Shown here in pieces: positions 35,531 to 45,070 of a stretch of DNA of 64,000 bases. This stretch comes from Alphaproteobacteria bacterium (lineage in GTDB: Bacteria; Pseudomonadota; Alphaproteobacteria; UBA828), in NCBI GenBank assembly GCA_965237415.1, contig CBDEFM010000002.1, positions 256,001 through 320,000 of the forward strand, written 5' to 3'. The notes beneath the pieces are model-generated. The model was given only the letters and a program-made list of their open reading frames with translations, was not told the DNA's origin and searched no databases. The position numbers and the translations under genes were made by a program. Numbering within the stretch: position 1 is the first letter of the stretch; each line of letters opens with the position of its first letter.

Positions 35531-36925
35531 ATGGGCGACGGTTTCATTCATCCTTACGTGCCGAATGCGGCACCTGCGCCGAGACGGAAGCTGCTGGAGG
35601 CGATCGGCGCCGGCGACGTGACCGATCTCTATGCCGCAATCCCGGAGGTGCTCAAGGTCAAGGGATTGCTCGACTTGCCGCCGGCGCTTCCCGGCGAGCA
35701 GGACCTGCGACGGCACCTCGAGGAGATCGTTGCCCGCAACCAGCCCTGCACAGGGACCTGGCTCAACTTTTGCGGCGCCGGCTGCGCGCAGCATTACGTG
35801 CCGGCGATCGTGGACGAGATCGTCCATCGCGGCGAGCTGCTCACCGCCTACGGCGGCGGCACCTATTCCGACCACGGCAAGAACCAGGCGCTCTTCGAGT
35901 TTCAAAGCCTGATGGGCGAGCTGGTGGGGATGGAGGTGGTCTCGACCCCCACCTACGACGCCGGTGCGGCGACCGGCAGCGCCGCGACGATGGCCTGCCG
36001 CATCACCGGCCGGCGCGGTGTCCTCGTGCCGGAGACCATGAGCGCCGACCGGCGCTCGCAGCTGCAGGGCTTCACCAAGCCGTTCGCGACGGTGGAGACC
36101 GTTGCCCGCGATCCCGAGACCGGGTGCACCGACCTCGCCGACCTACGCGCCAAGGTCTCGGGCGAGACCGCCGCAGTGGTGATCGAGAGCCCCGGCTATC
36201 TCGGCCTCATCGAGACCGAGGCGGCGACCATCGCCGACATCGCCCATGACGCCGGCGCCATTCTGATCGCGGGCGTCGACCCGATCTCCCTCGGCGTGCT
36301 GGCAACGCCCGCCGACTATGGCGCCGACCTTGTCGTCGGCGATCTGCAGCCGCTCGGCATTCACATGTATGCCGGCGGCGGCAACGGCGGCTTCATCGCG
36401 AGCCGGGACGAGGCGCGCTTCGTCGCGGAATATCCTTCCATCCTCTTCAGCATCGCGCCGGCGGCGGAGGGCGAGGGCTTCGGCTTCGCCTGGTCCACCA
36501 TGGAGCGCACCTCCTACGACACCCGCCACGATGCCACCGATTACACCGGCACGACCCAGTGGATCTGGGGCATCGGGGCTGCGGTCTATCTCTCGCTCAT
36601 GGGGCCCGAAGGCATGGCCGAGCTCGGCCGCGGCATCATGCAGCGCGCCTGCTACGCGGCGGAGCGGATCGCAGCGCTCCCCGGCGTCTCGGTGCCGCAT
36701 CTGGAGCAACCATTCTTCAAGGAGTTCGTCGTCGATTTCTCCGGCACCGGCACGACGGTCGCGTCCATCAATGCGGCGCTGCGCGAAGCAGAGATTCACG
36801 GCGGCAAGGATTTGAGCGGCGAGTTCCCGGCGCTCGGACAGTCGGCCCTCTACTGCGTGACCGAGCTGCACGGAGCGGCCGAGATCGACAGACTGGTCTC
36901 TGCGCTCGGGGAGGCAATCCGATGA
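35531..36925 (+). CDS. gcvPA: Glycine decarboxylase P-protein subunit alpha-like
   Basis: HPYVPN, FCGAGCAQHYVP, RGELLTAY, QALFEFQS, VVGDLQPLG, FFKEFVV. Confidence 0.85.
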   Translation: MGDGFIHPYVPNAAPAPRRKLLEAIGAGDVTDLYAAIPEVLKVKGLLDLPPALPGEQDLRRHLEEIVARNQPCTGTWLNFCGAGCAQHYVPAIVDEIVHRGELLTAYGGGTYSDHGKNQALFEFQSLMGELVGMEVVSTPTYDAGAATGSAATMACRITGRRGVLVPETMSADRRSQLQGFTKPFATVETVARDPETGCTDLADLRAKVSGETAAVVIESPGYLGLIETEAATIADIAHDAGAILIAGVDPISLGVLATPADYGADLVVGDLQPLGIHMYAGGGNGGFIASRDEARFVAEYPSILFSIAPAAEGEGFGFAWSTMERTSYDTRHDATDYTGTTQWIWGIGAAVYLSLMGPEGMAELGRGIMQRACYAAERIAALPGVSVPHLEQPFFKEFVVDFSGTGTTVASINAALREAEIHGGKDLSGEFPALGQSALYCVTELHGAAEIDRLVSALGEAIR

Positions 36926-38523
36926 GCGAGCGCACGGGAAGCGGCTTCCACGCCGCACGCTGGGACGAGCCCCTGATCGACGAGATCGGCGGAGAAGGCG
37001 GGCGCGGCCTGCTGCCGCCGGCGGTGGACGACGCGATCGTCGAGGCCGTTGGCGACGTCGTCGCAGCGCTGCCCGAGGGGGTAGGGCGGGCCGCGCCGCC
37101 GGCATTGCCCGCACTGCCGCAGCACCGCGTGCTCCGGCACTTCCTCAGGCTCTCGCAGATGTCCATGGGCTTCGATGTGACCGCCGACATGATGGGCACC
37201 TGCACCATGAAATACAGTCCCAAGGTGCACGAATACGTCGCGCGCATGCCGGGCTTCGCCGATGTCCACCCCTTGCAGGACCCGGAGACGCTGCAGGGCA
37301 CGCTGGAGATCCTCTACCGCTTCAACCGCATGATGTGCCAGGTCGCGGGCATGGACGCGTTCACCTTCCAGCCGGCGAGCGGGGCGCAGGGCATCTACAC
37401 CAATGCGTGCCTGATCCGCGCCTATCACGCCTCGCGCGGCGAGGGTGGGCAGCGCGACGAGATCATCACCACCGCCTTCTCGCACCCGGCCGACGCGGCG
37501 ACTCCGGCGGTGGCCGGATTCAAGGTCATCACCCTCATGCCGGGGGAGATGGGCTTCGCCGAGGTCGATGCGCTCAAGGCCGCAGTGTCGGAACGCACCG
37601 CCGGCCTGATGCTGACGAACCCCGAGGACACCGGGCTGTACAACCCGAACATCCGCGAGTTCGTGGACATCGTGCACGAGGCCGGCGGGCTTTGCGCCTA
37701 CGACCAGGCCAACGGCAACCCGCTGCTGGGCATCGTCCGCGCCGGCGATACCGGCTTCGACATGTGCCAGTTCAACCTTCACAAGACCTTCTCCGCGCCC
37801 CACGGGGCCATCGGCTTGGGCTGCGCTGCGGTCGGCGTCAAGGCACATCTGGAGCGCTTCCTGCCGCGCCCGATCGTGACCTGGGACGGCGAGCGCTACG
37901 GCCTCGACCACGATCCGGGGGAGGGGATCGAGAAGATCCGCGCCTTCATCGGCAACGTGCACGCGGTGCTGAAGGCCTATGCCTGGGTGCGCAGCCTCGG
38001 CGCCGAGGGCCTGCGCGCCGTCGCCGAGACCTCGGTGCTCAACAACAACTACATGCTGCACCGCATCAGGCAAATCGAGGGCACGTCGATCCCCTGGCCC
38101 AAGAACACCTATCCCAAGCTGGAACAGGTCCGCTACAGCTGGGAGCCGCTCTATGAAGAGACAGGCGTCGCCAGCCACGATGTGATGAACCGCATGGTCG
38201 ATTTCGGCGTGCAGCACTACATGGAGAGCCATGTGCCGATGCTGGTGCCGCAGCCCTTCACCCTGGAGCCGGGCGAATCCCTCACCATCGAGGAGATGGA
38301 TCACGTGCTCGACGCGCTGCGCCGCATCGCCGAGGAGGCCCGCACCGCGCCGGAGCATGTGAAGGCGGCTCCCCACTGCGCCGCTACCCAGGCCGTCGAC
38401 GGCGACGTGGCAGAAGATCCCGACTGCTGGGCCTTCACGGGGCGTGCCTATCGGCGCAAGCGGGGGAATTGGGCCAACGTCAAGCGCGGCCTGGGCGATC
38501 ACGGGGGCGGCGGTTACGGCTGA
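36922..38523 (+). CDS. gcvPB: Glycine decarboxylase P-protein subunit beta-like
   Basis: GTCTMKYSPK, HPLQ, QPASGAQG, MLTNPEDTG, YDQAN, FNLHKTFSAPHG (PLP Lys), NNNY. Confidence 0.87.
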   Translation: MSERTGSGFHAARWDEPLIDEIGGEGGRGLLPPAVDDAIVEAVGDVVAALPEGVGRAAPPALPALPQHRVLRHFLRLSQMSMGFDVTADMMGTCTMKYSPKVHEYVARMPGFADVHPLQDPETLQGTLEILYRFNRMMCQVAGMDAFTFQPASGAQGIYTNACLIRAYHASRGEGGQRDEIITTAFSHPADAATPAVAGFKVITLMPGEMGFAEVDALKAAVSERTAGLMLTNPEDTGLYNPNIREFVDIVHEAGGLCAYDQANGNPLLGIVRAGDTGFDMCQFNLHKTFSAPHGAIGLGCAAVGVKAHLERFLPRPIVTWDGERYGLDHDPGEGIEKIRAFIGNVHAVLKAYAWVRSLGAEGLRAVAETSVLNNNYMLHRIRQIEGTSIPWPKNTYPKLEQVRYSWEPLYEETGVASHDVMNRMVDFGVQHYMESHVPMLVPQPFTLEPGESLTIEEMDHVLDALRRIAEEARTAPEHVKAAPHCAATQAVDGDVAEDPDCWAFTGRAYRRKRGNWANVKRGLGDHGGGGYG

Positions 38524-38533
38524 TCGGCCTACC

Positions 38534-39661
38534 TTGGGCCGGCCTACGCTCGGCCTCATCGTCAACCCCATCGCCGGCATGGGCGGGAGCGTCGGGCTCA
38601 AGGGCACGGACACGGCGGCGATCCTGAGCGAAGCCCGCGCCCGCGGCGCGGAACCGCAGTCGGGACGGCGAGCGAGAGTGGTGCTCAATGCGCTCGCCAG
38701 TGCGCGACCCGGCCTGGAGCTTCTCTGCGCCCCCGGTGAGATGGGCGAGCGGATCGCCCGAGACGCGGGCCTTTGCCCGATCGTCGTCGGCGTTCCGGCC
38801 GAGGGCGAGACCGGCGCGGCGGACACGCGCGCCGCGGCTGAGGCCATGGCGGTCGCCGGTGCGCGGCTCATCCTCTTCGCCGGCGGCGACGGCACCGCGC
38901 GCGACATGGCGGCCGCTCTCGATGACCGCGACCGGGTGCCGGTGATCGGCGTGCCGGCAGGCGTGAAGATGCACTCGGCGGTCTACGCCACCAGCCCGCG
39001 CGCCGCCGCCGACCTCGCGCTGCGCGCGTTGACCCAGGATATCGAGGCGCGGCCGCGGGAGGTCATGGATATCGACGAGGAGGCCTTTCGTGCCGGCGCC
39101 GTCTCGGCTAGGCTTTATGGGTATATGCCAGTGCCTTATTCCCCCGACCTCACCCAGAACATGAAGGCGGGCGGGGTGAGCGGCGACCGCGAAGCGCTCT
39201 GCGGTATCGCCGCCGAGGTCGCCGGCCGGATGGAGGCGGGGCGGCTCTACATCCTAGGGCCGGGCACCACCACGCGGGCGGTCACCGAAGCGCTCGGCCT
39301 GCCAAAGACCCTGCTCGGCGTCGACCTGGTGCGGGACGGGGCGTTGGTGGCTGCCGACGCGAGCGAAGACGATATCATTCGCGCGCTGGCTGATGGCCGA
39401 CCCGGCGCAATCGTCGTCACCCCCATCGGCGGCCAGGGGCACTTCCTCGGGCGCGGCAACCAGCAGATCGGGGCACGCGTGGTGCGGGCGGTGGGCCTCG
39501 ACCGGCTCCTTGTCGCCGCGACGCCGGAGAAGCTCGCGTCCTTGCGCGACGGCACCCTTCATGTCGATACCGGCGATCCCGCGCTCGACCGTGCGCTCGC
39601 CGGCTGGCGCCGCGTGATCACCGGCTTCGGCGGCGAGGCGGTGTGCCGGGTAGCGGCATGA
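38534..39661 (+). CDS. ATP-NAD kinase-like / AcoX-like protein
   Basis: GLIVNPIAGMGG.VGLKGTD, FAGGDGTARD, GVPAGVKMHS, GPGTT, IGGQG..LGRGNQQ; start uncertain. Confidence 0.82.
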   Translation: MGRPTLGLIVNPIAGMGGSVGLKGTDTAAILSEARARGAEPQSGRRARVVLNALASARPGLELLCAPGEMGERIARDAGLCPIVVGVPAEGETGAADTRAAAEAMAVAGARLILFAGGDGTARDMAAALDDRDRVPVIGVPAGVKMHSAVYATSPRAAADLALRALTQDIEARPREVMDIDEEAFRAGAVSARLYGYMPVPYSPDLTQNMKAGGVSGDREALCGIAAEVAGRMEAGRLYILGPGTTTRAVTEALGLPKTLLGVDLVRDGALVAADASEDDIIRALADGRPGAIVVTPIGGQGHFLGRGNQQIGARVVRAVGLDRLLVAATPEKLASLRDGTLHVDTGDPALDRALAGWRRVITGFGGEAVCRVAA

Positions 39662-39761
39662 GCAGCGACAGCAGAGGCTCTGCCCCGCCTCTATCCCTTG
39701 AGCCGCGGCGGGCCTTTCCGCAGGATTGCGCCGCCGCGCCTGCCGGCGCGCGGGAGGGGAT

Positions 39762-40772
39762 ATGACGACGCTATCCTGGGGCGTGCTCGGCGCCTCGCTC
39801 TTCGCCATCGAGCACATGATACCGGCGCTGCAACAGGCCGCCGGGGTCCGCGTCCACGGCATCGCGAGCCGTGAGCTGGCCAAGGCCGAGGCGGTGGCCC
39901 AGCGCTTCGGCTTGGCCCAGGCCTACGGCGACTACGACTCCCTGCTCGCCGACCCCGCGATCGACGTGGTCTACAACCCACTGCCCAACCATCTCCATGT
40001 CCCTTGGACGGTGAAGGCGGCGCGCGCCGGTAAGCACGTGCTGTGCGAAAAGCCGATCGCGCTCGACGCCGCCGAGGCCGCCAGCCTGATCTCCCTTCGC
40101 GACGAGACCGGCCTGCAGATTCAGGAGGCCTACGTCGTGCTGCACCACCCGCAGTGGCAGCGGGTGAGGGCGCTCGTGCGTGAGGGCCGCATCGGCCGGG
40201 TGCGGGCGATTCAGGGCTGGTTCAGCTACCGGCTGGAAGACCCCGACAACATCCGCAACAAGCGGGAGATGGGCGGCGGCGGGCTGCTCGACATCGGTGT
40301 CTATCCGCTGCTCACCGCGCGCTACGTCTTCGGCGCCGAGCCAGTGCGGGTCTTCGCCGCCATCGAGCGGCACCCCACATGGGACGTGGACATACTGACC
40401 AGCGCGGTGCTGGCCTTCCCCGACGGCATCCTGAACTTCACCTGCAGCACGCTGCTTGCCGGCCACCAATTCATGGCTGTCCACGGCGACGAAGGGCGGA
40501 TCGAGCTGCCCGATCCCTTTGCCCAGTCGCCGAGCCGCGAGGCCCGAATTGCGATCCACGGTTCGGGCGAGATCTGGGAGCCCTTCGACGCGGAGGTCGA
40601 GACGCTGGCGAAGGTCAATCAGTACGTGCCGCAGGCCGAGGCGTTCTGCACGGCCGTGCGGGGCGAGGCGCCGCCGGCCTTCCCGCTGGAGGAGTCGATC
40701 AAGATGCTGCGCATCCTCGACGCGCTCGCGCGTTCGGGCGAGAGCGGCCGGTGGGAGAAAGTCGGCGCCTGA
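39762..40772 (+). CDS. Gfo/Idh/MocA oxidoreductase
   Basis: VYNPLPNHLH, HVLCEKP, GGGLLDIGVYP. Confidence 0.9.
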   Translation: MTTLSWGVLGASLFAIEHMIPALQQAAGVRVHGIASRELAKAEAVAQRFGLAQAYGDYDSLLADPAIDVVYNPLPNHLHVPWTVKAARAGKHVLCEKPIALDAAEAASLISLRDETGLQIQEAYVVLHHPQWQRVRALVREGRIGRVRAIQGWFSYRLEDPDNIRNKREMGGGGLLDIGVYPLLTARYVFGAEPVRVFAAIERHPTWDVDILTSAVLAFPDGILNFTCSTLLAGHQFMAVHGDEGRIELPDPFAQSPSREARIAIHGSGEIWEPFDAEVETLAKVNQYVPQAEAFCTAVRGEAPPAFPLEESIKMLRILDALARSGESGRWEKVGA

Positions 40773-40840
40773 GCACCGGATGTTACGGGCTGCGCGCGCT
40801 GCTATAACTGGCCGGATCAGGCCGGGGCGGGGACGGGGAC

Positions 40841-42823
40841 ATGACGACGGCACCGACAGAGGCGCTGAAGCTTTACGGCACTGAGCAGGAGGCGCCGGCG
40901 GCGCGGACGCTCCGCGCCGGCGCGCTTTCGGCCGAGCTTGAGGCCGGCAAGCTGCGCTGGATCCGCTATGGGGGCACGGAAGCGCTGCGCGGGCTCGCCT
41001 TCGTCGTGCGCGGCTCGGGCTGGGCGACCTACGCGCCCGAGATCGCCAACCTGGAGATCGAGGAGGGAGACGGACGCTTCCGCGTGGGCTACGACGCGCG
41101 CATCGAATCCGGCGACGGCGTGCTCGCCTTCCGCGCCGACATCGTGGCGGAGAGCGAGCGGAGCCTGGTTTTCACGGTCGAGTTTCGCCCCGAAACCGAG
41201 TTCAGGACCAACCGCACGGGCTTCGTCGCGCTGCACGCGATCGAGGGGGTGGCGGGGGAAGCCTGCACCGTCACCCACAGCGACGGCACGGTGGAGGAGA
41301 CCGAATTCCCCGGCCTGATCATGCCGCTGCAACCCTTCTTCGATATCTCCGCCATGCGCCACCAGGTCTCGCCGGGCGTCTGGCCCACCTGCCGCTTCGA
41401 GGGCGCCGACCCCTGGGAGACCGAGGATCAGCGCAACTGGACCGACGCGTCCTACAAGACCTATTACCGCCCGCTGGCGCTGCCCTATCCCTACCCGCTC
41501 GCGGCCGGGGAGACGCTGCGCCAGACCGCGACGCTCACCATCGAGGGGGGCTCTGCGGTCGTCGCAACGGCGGCCGGCGGCGATGACGGGGCGGTCGAGA
41601 TCGCCGTTGGCGGTGAGACCGGGCAGCATATGCCGGAGATCGGGCTCGGCGTCGCCGCCTCGGAACGCGACCGCCTCGACCACGGGCTCGACCTGCTCCG
41701 GGCGCTCGGGCCCGGCCACCTCGTTTGCGAATGCGACCCGCGGGACGACCGTTCGGTCGAGACGCTGGCCGCGTGTCGCGAGCTTGCCCAGGCGCTCGAC
41801 GCCGAGGCCGTGCTGGAGATCGTCGTGCCTTGCGAGCGGCCGGTGGCGGACGAGCTTGCGACGGCGGCCGAGATCGCGGGCCGGGCCCGGCTCTTGCCCG
41901 CCGCCGTCGTGCCCGAGCAGGCCCGCCTCCTGAAGTTCACCCTGGAGAAGATCCCGGCCCTCGGCATCCCCGACTTCGACGAGGTCTACGGCGCAGCGCG
42001 GGCGGCATTCCCCGGCGTGCGCCTGGGCGGCGGCGTCTTCACCAACTTCACCGAGCTCAACCGCAACTGCGCGGTGCCGGAGCTCTTCGACTTCCTGACG
42101 CATGCCACCTGTGCCGTGGTGCACGAGCCGGACGACCGCTCGGTGATGGAGACGCTGCAGACGCTGCCCGACATCGTCGCCTCGGCCAAGGCGTGGGCCG
42201 GCGGGAAGCCTTACCGGATCGCGCCGAGCGCCATCGGCATGCGCTTCAACCCCTACGGGCCGGATGTCCACCACAACAGCGACAACGGGCGCTACTCCTT
42301 CAGCCGCCAGGACCCGCGCCATCGCGCGCTTCTCGGTGCCGCCTTCACGCTCGGCTATGCCGCGCGGGTGGCGCCGCTCGGGGTCGAGGCGCTGGCCCTG
42401 GGCGCGCCCTCCGGTGCGCTCGGCATGGTCTACCGCAGGACCGGGCACCCGCAGCCCTGGCTCGACGATTTGGAAGGGCCGGCGGTGTTGCCGCTCTACC
42501 ACATCGTGTCGGCGCTGGCGGCGGCGAAAGGGGCGGCAATCCGCAGCGTGACGAGCGGCGATGCCACGCGCGTCCTCGGACTCGCCTACGAGAGCGACAG
42601 CGGGACGCTGCTGTGGCTCGCCAACCTCTCGCCGGAGACGCAGGCCGTGACGGTCTCGGGCATCGACGGGGGAACGGCGACCATCGGCCGGCTGGACTCG
42701 GGCAATTTCGTGGAGGCAGTGACGGACCCGGCCGGCTTCGCCGCAGCCCCAGGCCAGCCGGGCGACCCCGGCCGCCTTGAGCTCGCGCCGTTCGCGGTCG
42801 CGCGTATCGAAATCGCCGCCTAG
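40841..42823 (+). CDS. D-apionate lactonase (ApnL)-like protein
   Basis: 660 aa; TNRTGFVALH, ETEDQRNWTDASYKTY.RPL, FTELNR, VHEPDDRSVMETL, DPRHR. Confidence 0.72.
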   Translation: MTTAPTEALKLYGTEQEAPAARTLRAGALSAELEAGKLRWIRYGGTEALRGLAFVVRGSGWATYAPEIANLEIEEGDGRFRVGYDARIESGDGVLAFRADIVAESERSLVFTVEFRPETEFRTNRTGFVALHAIEGVAGEACTVTHSDGTVEETEFPGLIMPLQPFFDISAMRHQVSPGVWPTCRFEGADPWETEDQRNWTDASYKTYYRPLALPYPYPLAAGETLRQTATLTIEGGSAVVATAAGGDDGAVEIAVGGETGQHMPEIGLGVAASERDRLDHGLDLLRALGPGHLVCECDPRDDRSVETLAACRELAQALDAEAVLEIVVPCERPVADELATAAEIAGRARLLPAAVVPEQARLLKFTLEKIPALGIPDFDEVYGAARAAFPGVRLGGGVFTNFTELNRNCAVPELFDFLTHATCAVVHEPDDRSVMETLQTLPDIVASAKAWAGGKPYRIAPSAIGMRFNPYGPDVHHNSDNGRYSFSRQDPRHRALLGAAFTLGYAARVAPLGVEALALGAPSGALGMVYRRTGHPQPWLDDLEGPAVLPLYHIVSALAAAKGAAIRSVTSGDATRVLGLAYESDSGTLLWLANLSPETQAVTVSGIDGGTATIGRLDSGNFVEAVTDPAGFAAAPGQPGDPGRLELAPFAVARIEIAA

Positions 42824-42863
42824 CCAATACAGCATTCCAACGGATCGAAAAGGATTAGCGGAC

Positions 42864-43664
42864 ATGACAGAACACGCCCTCAAGGAGATGTCCCGCCACG
42901 GCCGGCTCAAGGTCGGCACCTTTGTGGTCGAGTTCAGCACGCCGGGGATCGGCCAGCTTCTGAAGGCCGCCGGCTGCGAATTCGTGCTGCTCGACATGGA
43001 GCATTCCGGCTTCGGCTTCGACACGGTGAAGCAGATGCTGCGCTACATGCAGGCGGGCGACATGCCGGCGATCGTCCGCGTGCCGTCGCGCGAGTATCAC
43101 CACGCGGCGCGTGCCATGGACATGGGGGCCGAGGGCATCATGCTGCCGATGGTGGGCTCAGCGGCGGCCGCGCGGGAGCTGCTCAGCTATGTGAAATACG
43201 CGCCGGACGGCGAGCGCGGCGTTGCGCTGCAAATCGCGCACGATCGCTACGCACCCGGCCCCGTGCAGAAGAAGCTCCGCGACGCCAACGAGCGCTGCAC
43301 CTTCGTCGCTCTGATCGAGACCGCCGAGGGCGTCGAGAACGCCGAGGAGATCGCGGCGATCGAGGATGTCGACATCCTCTGGATCGGCCACTTCGACCTC
43401 TCGGTCTCCATGGGCATCGCCGGCCAGTTCGACCATCCCGACTTCAAGGCGGCGGTGGCGCGTGTTGTGCGCGCCGCGAAGAAGCACAACAAGTCGCTTG
43501 GCCGGCTGGTGCCGAACGTGGATGTGGGTGTGGCGCTCTTCAAGGAGGGCTTCGACTTCATCTGCTATTCGGGCGATGTCTGGCTGCTGCAGCAGGCGAT
43601 GCGCGAGGGCGCCGAGGGCTTACGCGCCCAATGCAAGCGCGGTCGGCGGCGGGCAAAAAAATAG
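42864..43664 (+). CDS. HpcH/HpaI class II pyruvate aldolase family
   Basis: LDMEHS, IVRVP, GAEGIMLPMV, Y.P.GERG, LIET, LWIGHFDLS. Confidence 0.88.
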   Translation: MTEHALKEMSRHGRLKVGTFVVEFSTPGIGQLLKAAGCEFVLLDMEHSGFGFDTVKQMLRYMQAGDMPAIVRVPSREYHHAARAMDMGAEGIMLPMVGSAAAARELLSYVKYAPDGERGVALQIAHDRYAPGPVQKKLRDANERCTFVALIETAEGVENAEEIAAIEDVDILWIGHFDLSVSMGIAGQFDHPDFKAAVARVVRAAKKHNKSLGRLVPNVDVGVALFKEGFDFICYSGDVWLLQQAMREGAEGLRAQCKRGRRRAKK

Positions 43665-43680
43665 GGGAGTTCAACAGGTT

Positions 43681-44733
43681 ATGGCCGATAAATTCAGAGT
43701 CGCTCTGAGCAGAGATTTCTTGACGGCGGAGGGCGAGCCGCTCTTCCCCATGTTCGACCGCACGCCGCTGGACGAGGACCCCGACATCGAGTGGCACTAT
43801 CTGGAGAACGGTGACGGACCGGTGGACGCGGCGGAGCTCGCGGGCCACGACGCGCTCGTCCTGCTCGCCCAGCGCTTCGACCGCTCCAGCGTGCCGGACG
43901 ACGGCAGGCTCGCCATGGTCGCGCGCTTCGGCGTCGGCTACGACAGCGTGGACGTGCCGGCCTGCTCCGACAACGGCATCGCGCTTGTGATCACGCCCAA
44001 CGGCGTGCGCCGGCCGGTGGCGGTCGCCATCATCGCGCTGATCCTCGCCGTCATGGGCAAGCTGCTGCTCAAGGATCAGCTCACGCGCGAGGGCCCGCCC
44101 GGCTTCGCCCGCAAGGGGGCCCACATGGGGGTCGGCCTCGTCGGCAAGACGCTGGGCTCCGTCGGCATCGGCAATATCGGGGCCGAGATGTTCCGCCTGG
44201 CCGCCCCCTTCGACATGAACTTCATGGCCTGCGACCCCTATGCCGACCCGGCGGTGGCGGCGGAGCTTGGCGTGCAGATGGTCGATCTCGACACGCTCTG
44301 CCGGGAGTCGGACATCCTGGCCGTCAACTGCCCGCTGAGCGACGCGACCCACCATATCGTCGATGCGCGCCTCATCGCCTCCATGAAGCCGACGGCCTAT
44401 CTGGTGAACACCTCGCGCGGCGGCACGGTCGACCAGAAGGCGCTGACCGCGGCACTGCAGGAGGGGCGGATCGCGGGCGCCGGTCTCGACGTGCTCGACC
44501 CCGAGCCGCCGGAGCCGGACGATCCCATCCTCGAGCTCGACAACGTGGTGTTCGCGCCCCACGCGCTGGCTTGGACCGACCAGTGCTTCGCCGGCCTCGG
44601 CGCGGACGACATCGTCGCCTGCATGGCGTTGATGCGGGGCGAGGAGCCGCAAGGCATCGTCAACGGCGATATCAGGGAGAACGAGGCGTGGCGCGCCAAG
44701 CTCGCGCGCTACGGCCAGACCTTCGGCCGCTGA
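43681..44733 (+). CDS. D-isomer-specific 2-hydroxyacid dehydrogenase
   Basis: RFGVGYD, GIGNIG, VNTSRG, AGLDV..PEP, APH. Confidence 0.9.
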   Translation: MADKFRVALSRDFLTAEGEPLFPMFDRTPLDEDPDIEWHYLENGDGPVDAAELAGHDALVLLAQRFDRSSVPDDGRLAMVARFGVGYDSVDVPACSDNGIALVITPNGVRRPVAVAIIALILAVMGKLLLKDQLTREGPPGFARKGAHMGVGLVGKTLGSVGIGNIGAEMFRLAAPFDMNFMACDPYADPAVAAELGVQMVDLDTLCRESDILAVNCPLSDATHHIVDARLIASMKPTAYLVNTSRGGTVDQKALTAALQEGRIAGAGLDVLDPEPPEPDDPILELDNVVFAPHALAWTDQCFAGLGADDIVACMALMRGEEPQGIVNGDIRENEAWRAKLARYGQTFGR

Positions 44734-44944
44734 TCGATTGCCGTTAGAACCGGATGCCGCTGGCCGCTACTGCCCGGCCCGCTCGACGCTTCGGACAATG
44801 GTGCGGTCCACGGCGCTGGCCGCCCGCGGCAACCTCGCGCCATGAAGCGCAAGCACGAGCAGGCCACATCATACGCAGGCACGATGAGCGGGCGCTCATC
44901 GGCAAGTCGGCTGACGCCGGCAGTCCGCGCCATCGCGGCCGCCT

Positions 44945-44988
44945 ATCCCGCGGAATCCCACTTATCCCACTTAATCCCGGCGAATCCC
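44945..44988. repeat. Five ATCCC (GGGAT) pentamers in helical phase
   Basis: ATCCC starts at 44945, 44955, 44964, 44974, 44984 (spacing 10, 9, 10, 10) in an intergenic region. Confidence 0.7.
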
Positions 44989-45070
44989 GCTTTCATTTAA
45001 AGTGTGGGCGCATCCCGCGGGGCGCGGGCCAGGCCACGACCCCGGTGAAATAGGGGGCTACCCGCGCACC

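Noticed and set aside
44734-44940. Small ORFs in the gap after the hydroxyacid dehydrogenase (44709-44933, 44754-45053)
   Set aside because: No RBS, no motifs and atypical composition
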